Origin: Bacillota bacterium
GTDB lineage: Bacteria > Bacillota_I > Bacilli_A > Erysipelotrichales > Erysipelotrichaceae
DNA: 28,527 bases
Reading direction: 5' to 3'
NCBI GenBank assembly: GCA_023388035.1
Contig: JAEWGY010000014.1
Span: 1-28,527 of the forward strand
Shown: positions 8,943 through 17,845 of the stretch, in pieces
Position numbering within the stretch: position 1 is the stretch's first letter
How the letters are laid out: the number at the start of each line of letters is the position of its first letter
Position numbers and translations under genes: made by a program
Notes under the pieces: model-generated
What the model was told of the DNA's origin: nothing
What the model saw: only the letters and a program-made list of their open reading frames with translations
Database searches by the model: none

Positions 8943-11900
8943 AATAATCTACCTTTATCGCTTCACCCTTATCTAAAATATATGCTGTTTCCTTAATTGA
9001 GAATTCTAAATTATAACGCATTAGATACTTTTCAAAACCTTTGTGAAAAAGAATTATTTTTTTATCTTTATAACTATCAAAATCACTAATTAATTCTGTA
9101 GGATTTAAATAAATTAAATTACTTAGTTGATACTTTACCTTAAACTCCCTAATTTGATTTAATAATCTATCATCAAAGCTACTATAAAAATACTCTTCCT
9201 TAAAATCAAAATAGAAATAACTTCGTTTTATAAAATTTCTTATTATTACATAATATTTTTCAGTGATAATAAAATTAAACTGTTTACTGTAGACATTTTT
9301 AAAATAATTAATCTCTTTAGCTGTTCTAGTTTTAGCAATTTTAATCTTAGCCAAAGTTAAATCTTTATAGTAATTAAAATTAGTACTTAAATAATTTAAT
9401 CTTTCATTATAATATGACATAAATTCAATATTAGTAAGTTTATCAAGATTTATTCTCTGTTTAAAATTATTACTGAGCCTTAAAGGGATGCCGTCAAAAC
9501 TTGAAAAAACAATAATAAATAGATGATTTTTAGATCTTTTAATAATTAAATTAATTAACCTTTCCTTAAAATTTTCATGTCTTGCAAGAAATATATTAAA
9601 TTCATCAATGATTAGGCATAATTTTTCATCTTTATTATTCTCAAAATAACTAAATAAATAGTCTAGAAAATAGTCAGTTAATTCTTCATTCTTTTTAATT
9701 TCTTTAAAAACATAATCACTAATTAAACAGATTTTATATTCAGAAATACTGTTAATAATATTCATTAAGCAATTTTCTAATTTTTGATAATCTTTCATAT
9801 AGATCATTAAAGGATCTTTTCTTAGATATAAGTCAATTATCTTTTTATTTGGATAATCATCGATATAACCTAGATAAATTTTATCTTTCCTTAATTTATT
9901 AAGATCTAGTTCAAAATCATTTAATTCATCATTCCAAAGTTTATAATCTGCACCATTAAAGTCTTGATAGGATTCTATTAATTTTTCAAGAATTAAAGCT
10001 AATTCAGTCTGATCACTATTAACTATTTTATATTCATTAATCGTTTTATAATATTCATCTAAATATATAATAGTATGATCATCTCGTATTTTTCTTGAAA
10101 GGTAAAAAGTCTGGCCTTTTAAATTCTGTTTATCACTTCGAAGATACATAAGACCTGGCTTATTAAAATAAAAGGCTTCATCACTATTAACTAGATCGAT
10201 CGAATCACTTTTTTGATTCATTTTAAGTGCAATTTTGAAATTAACATTAGCTCTAATCTGTTCATCAACTACTCCTTGAGCTCGTTGGGTTGCAAGAATT
10301 AAATGAAAACCTAATGATCTTCCTATCCTAGAAATGCTTATAATTTCATCCATAAATTTTGGATAAGCTTGTTTAACCTGGGCAAATTCATCCAAAACAA
10401 TGATAAGATATGCCAGATTATTTAATTTGTGTTTATTTAAATATTTACGATAATCATCGATATTTACAATAGGTTTATTAAGAATGTTAGAAGCTTTTTT
10501 GAATAATTCTTGTCTTTTATTTAATTCATTCTTTAAAGAAAAAAGAATCTTTTCATAATCAATTCCATCGTTATTAACAAGATTAGAAATGATATGTGGT
10601 AATAATTTCCCCTTGAATTTTAACTTATTAATTAAGGCTGCACCCTTAAAATCAATAATTGCAAATTGAAGATAAGAGGGATCGTAATTAAATGCTAGGG
10701 AAATTATTAAAGTTACTAATAGTTCACTTTTACCTGATCCTGTACTTCCAGCAATAAGCCCATGAGGTCCATCGAATTGTTCGTGTAGATTAAGATTAAT
10801 TAATTTATTATTTTGATCATAGGCAATGATACTACTTAAACCTTGAAGGGGTATTGGTTTTTTATAGGCAGATAGAAAAGTTAATGCTTTATTTTCGATA
10901 TTATTTAATTCTAATCTTTTAACCTTGCTTACTATTTCATTTAAATTTAGATCCTTAAAATCATTAGTGAAATGAAATTTTTTATCCTTCATTTCCACTT
11001 GTCCATTATTAAAATCGACTATTTGATCCATATTAATTCTAGAAATATTATTATTCAACAAAAGATAAGAACTATCACTATTTTTATTTATTTCGGTATC
11101 TTTATCACAGATAATTAAGTCATAAGAATTACTATGATCATTTTTATCAAAATGGATATTATCAAAGGATAAAAGTGCTTTAAAGTTACTTAAATTCTTA
11201 AGTTTTAAAAGTATCTTTAATTCGTTAGGATTATGTCTTAGAATTAATTTTAAAATTAAATAACATACTTCTTTTTCACTAAAATTAATAAACTGACTTA
11301 GTTTATTATTTTTAAAATTAATAATTAAATCTTCTTCATAATGATAAATAACTTGATCTAATTCGATAAAATTTTTTCTTTTACCAATTTTAAGACAAAG
11401 ATAGGTATTTTGTTCTTTATATATTTCAAATAGACGCTTGTAATTTATTAAATATTCAATATTATCTAATTCCCAATAAAGATATTTATCGATTTCATTC
11501 TTACTAATTAATAATTCTTTAACTTTAATAAGCTCCAAATCATTAAATTCACTTAAAGCTAGATTATAACTTTTAATTTTTTGCTTAAAATTTAAATTTT
11601 CAAAATAACGAATCAAAGGGCTATAGATAAAGGCCATTAATAGCATCGTAATGGGCATTAGTAAACTTTGAAAGTATTCCTTAATACCAGCATTTTCATT
11701 TCTAGAAAGATTAATATAGGCAATACTAAGACTTGATATCCCCATAATAATCATCGGTAATATTTGAACGATGATTGGTGTTTTATAATTTTTTATTGGT
11801 TTTTGTAATTTAAAATTACTAAATTTTACTGCTACGGGATATAAATTCTTAGCATTCTTTATGAAATAAGGTTTAATTTTAAAAGTACTAAATGCTTTTC

Positions 11901-12357
11901 CTTTGCGATTAAGTTTAAAATTATTAAAAAGTTTACCATCAAAATAAATAAAACGATATGATCCAAAAATAACCTCATCATAGTCTTTAATTTGCTCATT
12001 ATGATAGATTTTATTATTAAGATAAAACTTCTGGTAATCAGAGATGATTTTTTGATCCTTTAATTCAAAGTAATAATAATTATCATTACATTTAAATTTA
12101 ATTTTTTCACCTTTATAGCTAAATATTTGATAATCTTCTTTTTTTAAAACTATTAAGCGTAATTTATTGAGTTTATTATCTAGCAGTAGATATTCTTTAA
12201 AACTTAAAGGAAAGTTATTTTTATTTTGATAAAAATAACTTTCTGACTTAAAAAAATAACGCTTATTCTTTTTGTAGATTGTAAAATCATCAAAGTGCAA
12301 CTGATCTTCTAAAACACGATAATAAGCTTTATTATTATGAAAAATATATACTATCAT
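8923..12357 (-). CDS. essC: EssC/YukB-type T7SS FtsK/SpoIIIE ATPase, shortened
   Basis: FHA-like N-terminal region and two TM helices, then LNLHEQFDGPHGLIAGSTGSGKSELL (Walker A at 10726-10749), IDFKG, LPH, IVLDEFAQ and GRSLGFHLILATQR. These are EssC/EccC D1 hallmarks, and WXG100 genes are nearby. Confidence 0.88.
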   Translation of the reverse strand: MIVYIFHNNKAYYRVLEDQLHFDDFTIYKKNKRYFFKSESYFYQNKNNFPLSFKEYLLLDNKLNKLRLIVLKKEDYQIFSYKGEKIKFKCNDNYYYFELKDQKIISDYQKFYLNNKIYHNEQIKDYDEVIFGSYRFIYFDGKLFNNFKLNRKGKAFSTFKIKPYFIKNAKNLYPVAVKFSNFKLQKPIKNYKTPIIVQILPMIIMGISSLSIAYINLSRNENAGIKEYFQSLLMPITMLLMAFIYSPLIRYFENLNFKQKIKSYNLALSEFNDLELIKVKELLISKNEIDKYLYWELDNIEYLINYKRLFEIYKEQNTYLCLKIGKRKNFIELDQVIYHYEEDLIINFKNNKLSQFINFSEKEVCYLILKLILRHNPNELKILLKLKNLSNFKALLSFDNIHFDKNDHSNSYDLIICDKDTEINKNSDSSYLLLNNNISRINMDQIVDFNNGQVEMKDKKFHFTNDFKDLNLNEIVSKVKRLELNNIENKALTFLSAYKKPIPLQGLSSIIAYDQNNKLINLNLHEQFDGPHGLIAGSTGSGKSELLVTLIISLAFNYDPSYLQFAIIDFKGAALINKLKFKGKLLPHIISNLVNNDGIDYEKILFSLKNELNKRQELFKKASNILNKPIVNIDDYRKYLNKHKLNNLAYLIIVLDEFAQVKQAYPKFMDEIISISRIGRSLGFHLILATQRAQGVVDEQIRANVNFKIALKMNQKSDSIDLVNSDEAFYFNKPGLMYLRSDKQNLKGQTFYLSRKIRDDHTIIYLDEYYKTINEYKIVNSDQTELALILEKLIESYQDFNGADYKLWNDELNDFELDLNKLRKDKIYLGYIDDYPNKKIIDLYLRKDPLMIYMKDYQKLENCLMNIINSISEYKICLISDYVFKEIKKNEELTDYFLDYLFSYFENNKDEKLCLIIDEFNIFLARHENFKERLINLIIKRSKNHLFIIVFSSFDGIPLRLSNNFKQRINLDKLTNIEFMSYYNERLNYLSTNFNYYKDLTLAKIKIAKTRTAKEINYFKNVYSKQFNFIITEKYYVIIRNFIKRSYFYFDFKEEYFYSSFDDRLLNQIREFKVKYQLSNLIYLNPTELISDFDSYKDKKIILFHKGFEKYLMRYNLEFSIKETAYILDKGEAIKVDYCEEITN

Positions 12358-14150
12358 TTACGGATTAAAATATTAATTTGTTGTTTAAATTTTTGATCCT
12401 TGGTTTCAATGGTAATGATACTATTACCACTTTTTAAAGCCGTGATCATTAAGCCTTTTATACTAACTAAATCATTATTAGCACTGATCCTTAAGTCATT
12501 TAGATTAATTCCTTTAGGAATGGATTTAAATTCAATTTCATATGTTTCATTTATATTAAGAGCTTTATGATATTTTGTAAGTTCTAACCTATCGCTATTA
12601 ATACTCAGTTCCTTATTTTTTACTAGCTTTTCATTGATGTTTGCTGGACATTTTGAGACCTCGATTAAATTTTGGTAAATCCGCTTTTTACCAAATAATT
12701 GAATCTTGTCCTTAAATAAATCGAATTCAAATTTTAATCCTAATCTTGATAATAAACTTGAGCTTGAATTTAATTTTAATTTTAGGCTTAGATAATTCGA
12801 TAATTCACTGCATAAAACTAAATTAGGAATCTGCTGCGTAGTAATATAATTTGCATCTAAATTAGTATCTTTTAATTGATCATTAAATAGGATTTGATTT
12901 TTAAAATAACTTTTAACGCCACCAATAACTTGGAAATTGGCAATTTTTTGTCCTAGCGCCCGAAGCGCTAAATCTAATCCTAAGCCTACACTTAAACTGG
13001 CATTTATATTACTTTGTAAATCATGATTGAAATCATTGAAAAAACGATTGATACCATTAATACTTTCATAGCCAAAATTATGATTTAACTTATAATTTAA
13101 AACAGCTTTACCACTTGCATATAAGTTTAATACAAGTGATAATGAAAGACTGATTATCGGTAATTTTGGTATCGGTATTTTCATTGTTGCGAGCGGTATT
13201 TCAGCCTCAACCTCATCAGGCTCATAATTAGCATTTAAATCATTGATGATTCTATTATTCGCATTATTTAATATATCAAATGCTAAGCGTTTATAAGAAA
13301 TTCTTTTAAAGCCAAATTCACTATTAATTTTATATCCTAATTTAATGTAGGAACTATTTTGCTTAGCTGTTTTAAATAACTTAATTTTAGGTTTAAAATC
13401 ATATACATCAGCATCAAAAAAGATGACACCGAATTTAGTTTTTTTACTAACATTGATTCTTAAATTATTCGAATTAGCCTTAAAATCAACTTTAAAACCT
13501 TTAAGGCTAGTTAAAGGATTAACCAGCCTCGTAATTTTTGGATCCTGATATACACTAACATCAGTATATGGAATTATTTCTGTCTTTTCAAAATCTACTT
13601 CAAATTCATCTTCAAGTTCTATTTCCTTAATCAATTCTTCAATTGAAAGATCAATTAAATTATTATTTTCATCAATTCGCTTATAGATCTCTTCATTTTT
13701 GAGTTTAAGAATATCTCCTATTTGATAATTGCTAAGATCACTAAAATCGCTAACCTCATAAAATTGATTAAATGTTAATTTATTTTTCGGTTTGATTTCA
13801 TCTTTTAAGGATATTGCTTTTAAAATAATCTTTGTTAGATAAGCTTCTTCATTTATATAATCACTTAAAAGTTTTTTTATTATTTCATCCTCTTTAACTA
13901 ATTCATTAAGATAAAATGAAGAAAGTAAAGAGAGAGTAAATTCATAATCATTAGCACTATCAAGCTTTATATTCTTATCCATTATTTTTGCATCAATTAA
14001 GCAAGTAACTTTTTCACAATCAAATTTAGCATTATCAATAAGTATTCTAGCAAGCTGTTTTTTAGTTAAAATCTGCTGTGACTTAGCACAGGAAACTATC
14101 ATCAGTAGAATTAATGATAGTGTAATAAATTTATTCAAAACTGTTCGCAT
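12354..14150 (-). CDS. Uncharacterised lipoprotein with C-terminal Ig-like (Big_2-type) domain
   Basis: Lipobox IVSC (Cys21) follows a basic and hydrophobic signal. The C-terminus LNINETYEIEF...ITALKSGNSIITIETKDQKFKQQINILIR looks Ig-like. Overlaps both neighbours, with an ATGA junction to essC. Confidence 0.75.
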   Translation of the reverse strand: MRTVLNKFITLSLILLMIVSCAKSQQILTKKQLARILIDNAKFDCEKVTCLIDAKIMDKNIKLDSANDYEFTLSLLSSFYLNELVKEDEIIKKLLSDYINEEAYLTKIILKAISLKDEIKPKNKLTFNQFYEVSDFSDLSNYQIGDILKLKNEEIYKRIDENNNLIDLSIEELIKEIELEDEFEVDFEKTEIIPYTDVSVYQDPKITRLVNPLTSLKGFKVDFKANSNNLRINVSKKTKFGVIFFDADVYDFKPKIKLFKTAKQNSSYIKLGYKINSEFGFKRISYKRLAFDILNNANNRIINDLNANYEPDEVEAEIPLATMKIPIPKLPIISLSLSLVLNLYASGKAVLNYKLNHNFGYESINGINRFFNDFNHDLQSNINASLSVGLGLDLALRALGQKIANFQVIGGVKSYFKNQILFNDQLKDTNLDANYITTQQIPNLVLCSELSNYLSLKLKLNSSSSLLSRLGLKFEFDLFKDKIQLFGKKRIYQNLIEVSKCPANINEKLVKNKELSINSDRLELTKYHKALNINETYEIEFKSIPKGINLNDLRISANNDLVSIKGLMITALKSGNSIITIETKDQKFKQQINILIRK

Positions 14151-14433
14151 TACTGGTTATTGTACTTTCGTTACTTTCATAACTTTGGCTTGCTAAATCT
14201 AAGAATCTTGCATAATTTTCGATATTGAAATTTAAATCTTGAAATTTTCTTGCAAAAAGCTTAAAGCGACTTATAATCGCTTCACATGATGAAGATTGCC
14301 AGATAGCACTTAAAGAATCCATTTCTTTTTGAATTAAAATTAGATTATCCAGAATTTCACTATTTAATACTTTTAAACGATTAGAATATTCCTTAACTTC
14401 TAAAAAATTAATCTTAATTCCATCCATGTTCAC
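14131..14433 (-). CDS. WXG100/ESAT-6 family protein, WxS variant
   Basis: About 100 aa, helical, central IWQSSS and C-terminal YESNE (YxxxE). Start is GTG 14433 or ATG 14427. Confidence 0.85.
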   Translation of the reverse strand: MNMDGIKINFLEVKEYSNRLKVLNSEILDNLILIQKEMDSLSAIWQSSSCEAIISRFKLFARKFQDLNFNIENYARFLDLASQSYESNESTITSNANSFE

Positions 14434-14725
14434 TTAATTTATGTACTTCACTAATAAGTTCATTTTGGGTATTTTGATAAGCATTTGCAGCATTCCTTAA
14501 AAAATCACTATATTGATTTAAAATCAAAGAAATCGATTTTATATTAGGGATGTAAGTTTTAATTTTTGAAGTGAAAGCTAAATTATCCTTACCTTGCCAT
14601 ATTGAACTTAAATTATCGATTAAATCACTTAATGAATTTATTTGATTTGTATAAATTTCATTTTGCCTTTCAATTACTGTAGCAGATTTAATTATACTCG
14701 TTGGATCGACAATTATTTTTGACAT
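14414..14725 (-). CDS. WXG100 family T7SS substrate
   Basis: 103 aa, KIIVDP N-terminus, central IWQGKD, FLRNAANAYQNTQ. Strong AAAGGAGG RBS at 14731-14738. Confidence 0.92.
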   Translation of the reverse strand: MSKIIVDPTSIIKSATVIERQNEIYTNQINSLSDLIDNLSSIWQGKDNLAFTSKIKTYIPNIKSISLILNQYSDFLRNAANAYQNTQNELISEVHKLSEHGWN

Positions 14726-14772
14726 ATATTCCTCCTTTCGCTTTATTATTAACCTAATATTAGAATAATCCT

Positions 14773-14801
14773 AAATAAAAAATACTCGTAAATGAGTATT
14801 T
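14773..14801 (-). terminator. Intrinsic terminator between the SorC-family gene and the WXG100 operon
   Basis: Minus strand reads AAATACTC-atttac-GAGTATTT followed by TTTATTT. Confidence 0.7.
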
Positions 14802-15747
14802 ATAAAAGTTTACTAGCTATTTCATCGATAATAATTAAGCTATTAATTATCTTTAATTCCAATAAGGCTTTAAGATAATCTAATTTATTAATATCATAGG
14901 CGATCAAAATAGTATTAGGACATTTTTGGATTTCATTTAAACTGATTCCAATAAGACTATCTTCGAATTTTCTTGATACGATTCTCCCTTTCTTATCAAA
15001 GAAATGACCTAAATAATAAAAACTGGCAGCTTGATCCTTTAATTCAAAATAATCAGTCTTTGAAATAATATCATCCTTGATTAAATCTAATTTATCACTA
15101 AATACTTCAATGGTGGAAATGATGATGTTTAACTTAGCATATTTACTCAATATTTGATTGATTGTACTTTCATTTATTAGTGCTTCTTTAAGTTCTTTTT
15201 TTAGAAAAATAGGAGCAAAGGGTAAATTAACATTATGATCGCTTTTTTTATTAAGAATTAAATTAAAGATATTATTATCATCATTTAAAAAATTATTATT
15301 TTGTACGCCCGTTAATTTAAAAAAATTAATCTTCTTATTTTCTAAATTTAAATTTTGAAAAATAGGAAAAAGTATTTTAGATTCATCAATACCAATATTA
15401 AAACCATCTTCAATTATAGAATCTAAGTAATCAGCAATAAATTTATAGAAAAGTTTTTTATTATTATCGTCATCAGAATTAAAACCGTTAAAAACTAAAA
15501 CATCCTTTAATTGATATTTTCTTTTTAACTCCTCTTCCTTATGATCATCCCTGGTTAAATTCTGTTTGATTTTAAGCTCTATTAAACCAAGCTCAAAAGC
15601 CCTATTAATCATCCTTGAAACCTTAGAAGGAGAATAAAATAACTTACGAGCGATTTCCTTCTGATTTAATTTGTCTTTATAATAATATGAAACTACTTCA
15701 ATTATTTCACTAAGATACTTATCGTTTTTGAACTTTTCCATTTTCAT
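14800..15747 (-). CDS. SorC/DeoR(Bsu)/LsrR-family sugar-binding transcriptional regulator
   Basis: N-terminal HTH YYYKDKLNQKEIARKLFYSPSKVSRMINRAFELGLIELKI, then EEELKRKYQLKDV, GHFFDKKG and LIGISLNEIQK. Confidence 0.85.
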   Translation of the reverse strand: MKMEKFKNDKYLSEIIEVVSYYYKDKLNQKEIARKLFYSPSKVSRMINRAFELGLIELKIKQNLTRDDHKEEELKRKYQLKDVLVFNGFNSDDDNNKKLFYKFIADYLDSIIEDGFNIGIDESKILFPIFQNLNLENKKINFFKLTGVQNNNFLNDDNNIFNLILNKKSDHNVNLPFAPIFLKKELKEALINESTINQILSKYAKLNIIISTIEVFSDKLDLIKDDIISKTDYFELKDQAASFYYLGHFFDKKGRIVSRKFEDSLIGISLNEIQKCPNTILIAYDINKLDYLKALLELKIINSLIIIDEIASKLL

Positions 15748-15883
15748 TAAATTATATGAATCAAAAATTAATTATCCTATGCATTCATATATTTTAATTA
15801 AACGCTATCAGCAATTATAAAGCAAACTTTAAGTTAAAATTGCAATTTATTGCATTATTTTATTTAATTTCATGCAATTAAAT

Positions 15884-15914
15884 TCAAAATAAAAGAACTC
15901 TTTCAAGAGTTCTT
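15884..15914 (-). terminator. Intrinsic terminator after pgi
   Basis: AAGAACTCTT/AAGAGTTCTT inverted repeat (15893-15914) with a T-tract on the minus strand. Confidence 0.75.
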
Positions 15915-17193
15915 AGCTATTAGGTTTACCTAATAATTTAAACATGTTCTTTTTATAGATCTCAACACCAGGTTGATTAAAAGGATTAACATCCAATAGA
16001 TAAGCTGAAATCGCTAGTGCTTTAAAGAAAAAATACACTAAATAAGCTAAGCTTTCTTCTGAGATATCTTCTAAATTAATTATAATATTATCAACTTTAC
16101 CATCTTCAGTATGTGCTTTAAGTGTTCCAAGCATTGCTTGTTTATTAATCCAAGCTAAAGATTTACCACTTAAGTAATTCATTTCATCAGCATCTTCATC
16201 ATCACTTGGGAAGTTCATATCAGCTAAAGGTTTTTTAACATTAATAATTGTTTCAAATAAGATTTTAGAGCCATCTTGAACAAATTGTCCCATTGAATGT
16301 AAGTCAGTACTATTAATAACCGAAGTTGGTAATAAACCTTTTCCATCTTTACCTTCTGACTCACCAAAAAGTTGTTTGAGCCATTCTGCAATTGCTGCAA
16401 GATGATTTTCATAAGCCACATACATTTCTGACTTAAGACCTTGTTTATATAGCGCATACCTTGTCATCGCATAGCGATAAGCTGCATTTTCTAAATAATT
16501 AGGATTAGAATATTCTTTATGGGCAGCTATACAAGCTGTTATAAAGCGATCAATATCGATACCAGCAATTGCCATCGGTAATAAGCCTACTGGTGTAATG
16601 ATAGAAAAGCGACCACCAATTGAATCGGGGATGATAAATGATTCATATCCCTTCTTAGTGCATAAAGGTCTTAATAATCCTTTTTCTTTATCAGTAGTTA
16701 TGACAATACGCTTACTAGCTTCTTTTTGTCCATATTTATCTTCAATAAATTTTCTAAAAATTCTAAAAGCTAAAGAAGTTTCAGTAGTCTTACCTGATTT
16801 AGAAATACAATTAAGACTAACTTCCTTATCTTTAATATAATCAAGTAATCTTACAATATCAGTAGACGAAAAGGTATTACCACAGAAAATAACCTCTACT
16901 TTATCTTTATTATATGGACCCTTAAGCATGTCGATAGCACATTTAGCACCAAGATAAGAACCACCTATTCCACATACTAATACAACATCAGAAATTTGAC
17001 GTAATCTTTTCGCACATTCCTTTATTCTTTCAACTTCATCACGATCGTATTCTAAAGGCCAATCATTCCAACCAGTAAATTCACTGCCCTTCCCTTTTTT
17101 ATTTTCTAAATCTTCATGAATCTTAAGAACTTGATTCTTATATTCATCTAAATTTATTTCACTTATAATATTACTTAAATCTAAACTAATCAT
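15913..17193 (-). CDS. pgi: Glucose-6-phosphate isomerase
   Basis: Motifs GIGGSYLGA, ISKSGKTTE, GGRFS, WLKQLFGESEGK, DLHSMGQ and NPFNQPGVEIYK. Confidence 0.98.
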   Translation of the reverse strand: MISLDLSNIISEINLDEYKNQVLKIHEDLENKKGKGSEFTGWNDWPLEYDRDEVERIKECAKRLRQISDVVLVCGIGGSYLGAKCAIDMLKGPYNKDKVEVIFCGNTFSSTDIVRLLDYIKDKEVSLNCISKSGKTTETSLAFRIFRKFIEDKYGQKEASKRIVITTDKEKGLLRPLCTKKGYESFIIPDSIGGRFSIITPVGLLPMAIAGIDIDRFITACIAAHKEYSNPNYLENAAYRYAMTRYALYKQGLKSEMYVAYENHLAAIAEWLKQLFGESEGKDGKGLLPTSVINSTDLHSMGQFVQDGSKILFETIINVKKPLADMNFPSDDEDADEMNYLSGKSLAWINKQAMLGTLKAHTEDGKVDNIIINLEDISEESLAYLVYFFFKALAISAYLLDVNPFNQPGVEIYKKNMFKLLGKPNS

Positions 17194-17503
17194 GGTTACT
17201 CCTTTTTTATTTATTATAATATAAAATTCATTTAATAATTTATTTTTATATTCAATTTTGAATATCCACTTTAAATTGATTTAATTTTTACTAAATTATT
17301 TGTTTAAAAATAGCATATTTAAACTGAATGCTGATACTTAACTTAATTAAGTATATAAAATATCAATATTATATTGATAAATTTAAAAAAAAATGCTATT
17401 TAATGATTATATAGAACTCAAATATATATTATTAAGTATAGTTAGTCTGTTTTGCTATTGATATGCTTAAGATAATATATTTAATTATCATAGTGAGGGG
17501 TAT

Positions 17504-17692
17504 ATGAGAAAGAATTTTTTGATCTTTTCGTACATTTATTTTTGTTTTATCACCACTTGGTATTTGCTTAATTTTTTCGGTTATGGACCTTTAATTATTG
17601 AAATTAATCCAGTGAATATTGTGATCTTTATTATAAATGTATTTTGTTTTCTTAATATAATTTTTAAGGGGAAATTTTTTAATGTAGATTAA
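17504..17692 (+). CDS. Small hypothetical membrane protein (2 TM)
   Basis: 62 aa, GAGGGG RBS, two hydrophobic segments. Confidence 0.6.
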   Translation: MRKNFLIFSYIYFCFITTWYLLNFFGYGPLIIEINPVNIVIFIINVFCFLNIIFKGKFFNVD

Positions 17693-17722
17693 ATATTATC
17701 AAACTAATTTTCACCTAATAGC

Positions 17723-17751
17723 TTGCTAAAATATTCAAGATATATTATAAT
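17723..17751 (+). promoter_or_regulatory. Sigma-A promoter of the str operon
   Basis: TTGCTA (17723-17728), 17-bp spacer, TATAAT (17746-17751). Confidence 0.75.
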
Positions 17752-17845
17752 TTTATAGGTTTATTTATTAGGCATTTATGCCTATATATTAGTAAACATT
17801 ATGAAACACCTAATAATGTGTGTATGAATCAGAAAGGAGAATTTG

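Noticed and set aside
8923..12357. FtsK-like ATPase as a conjugative coupling protein of an ICE
   Set aside because: It has EssC-specific motifs (LHE..GPHGL, IDFKG, GRSLG.HLILATQ) and WXG100 neighbours. No integrase, relaxase, VirB4 or att repeats were seen.
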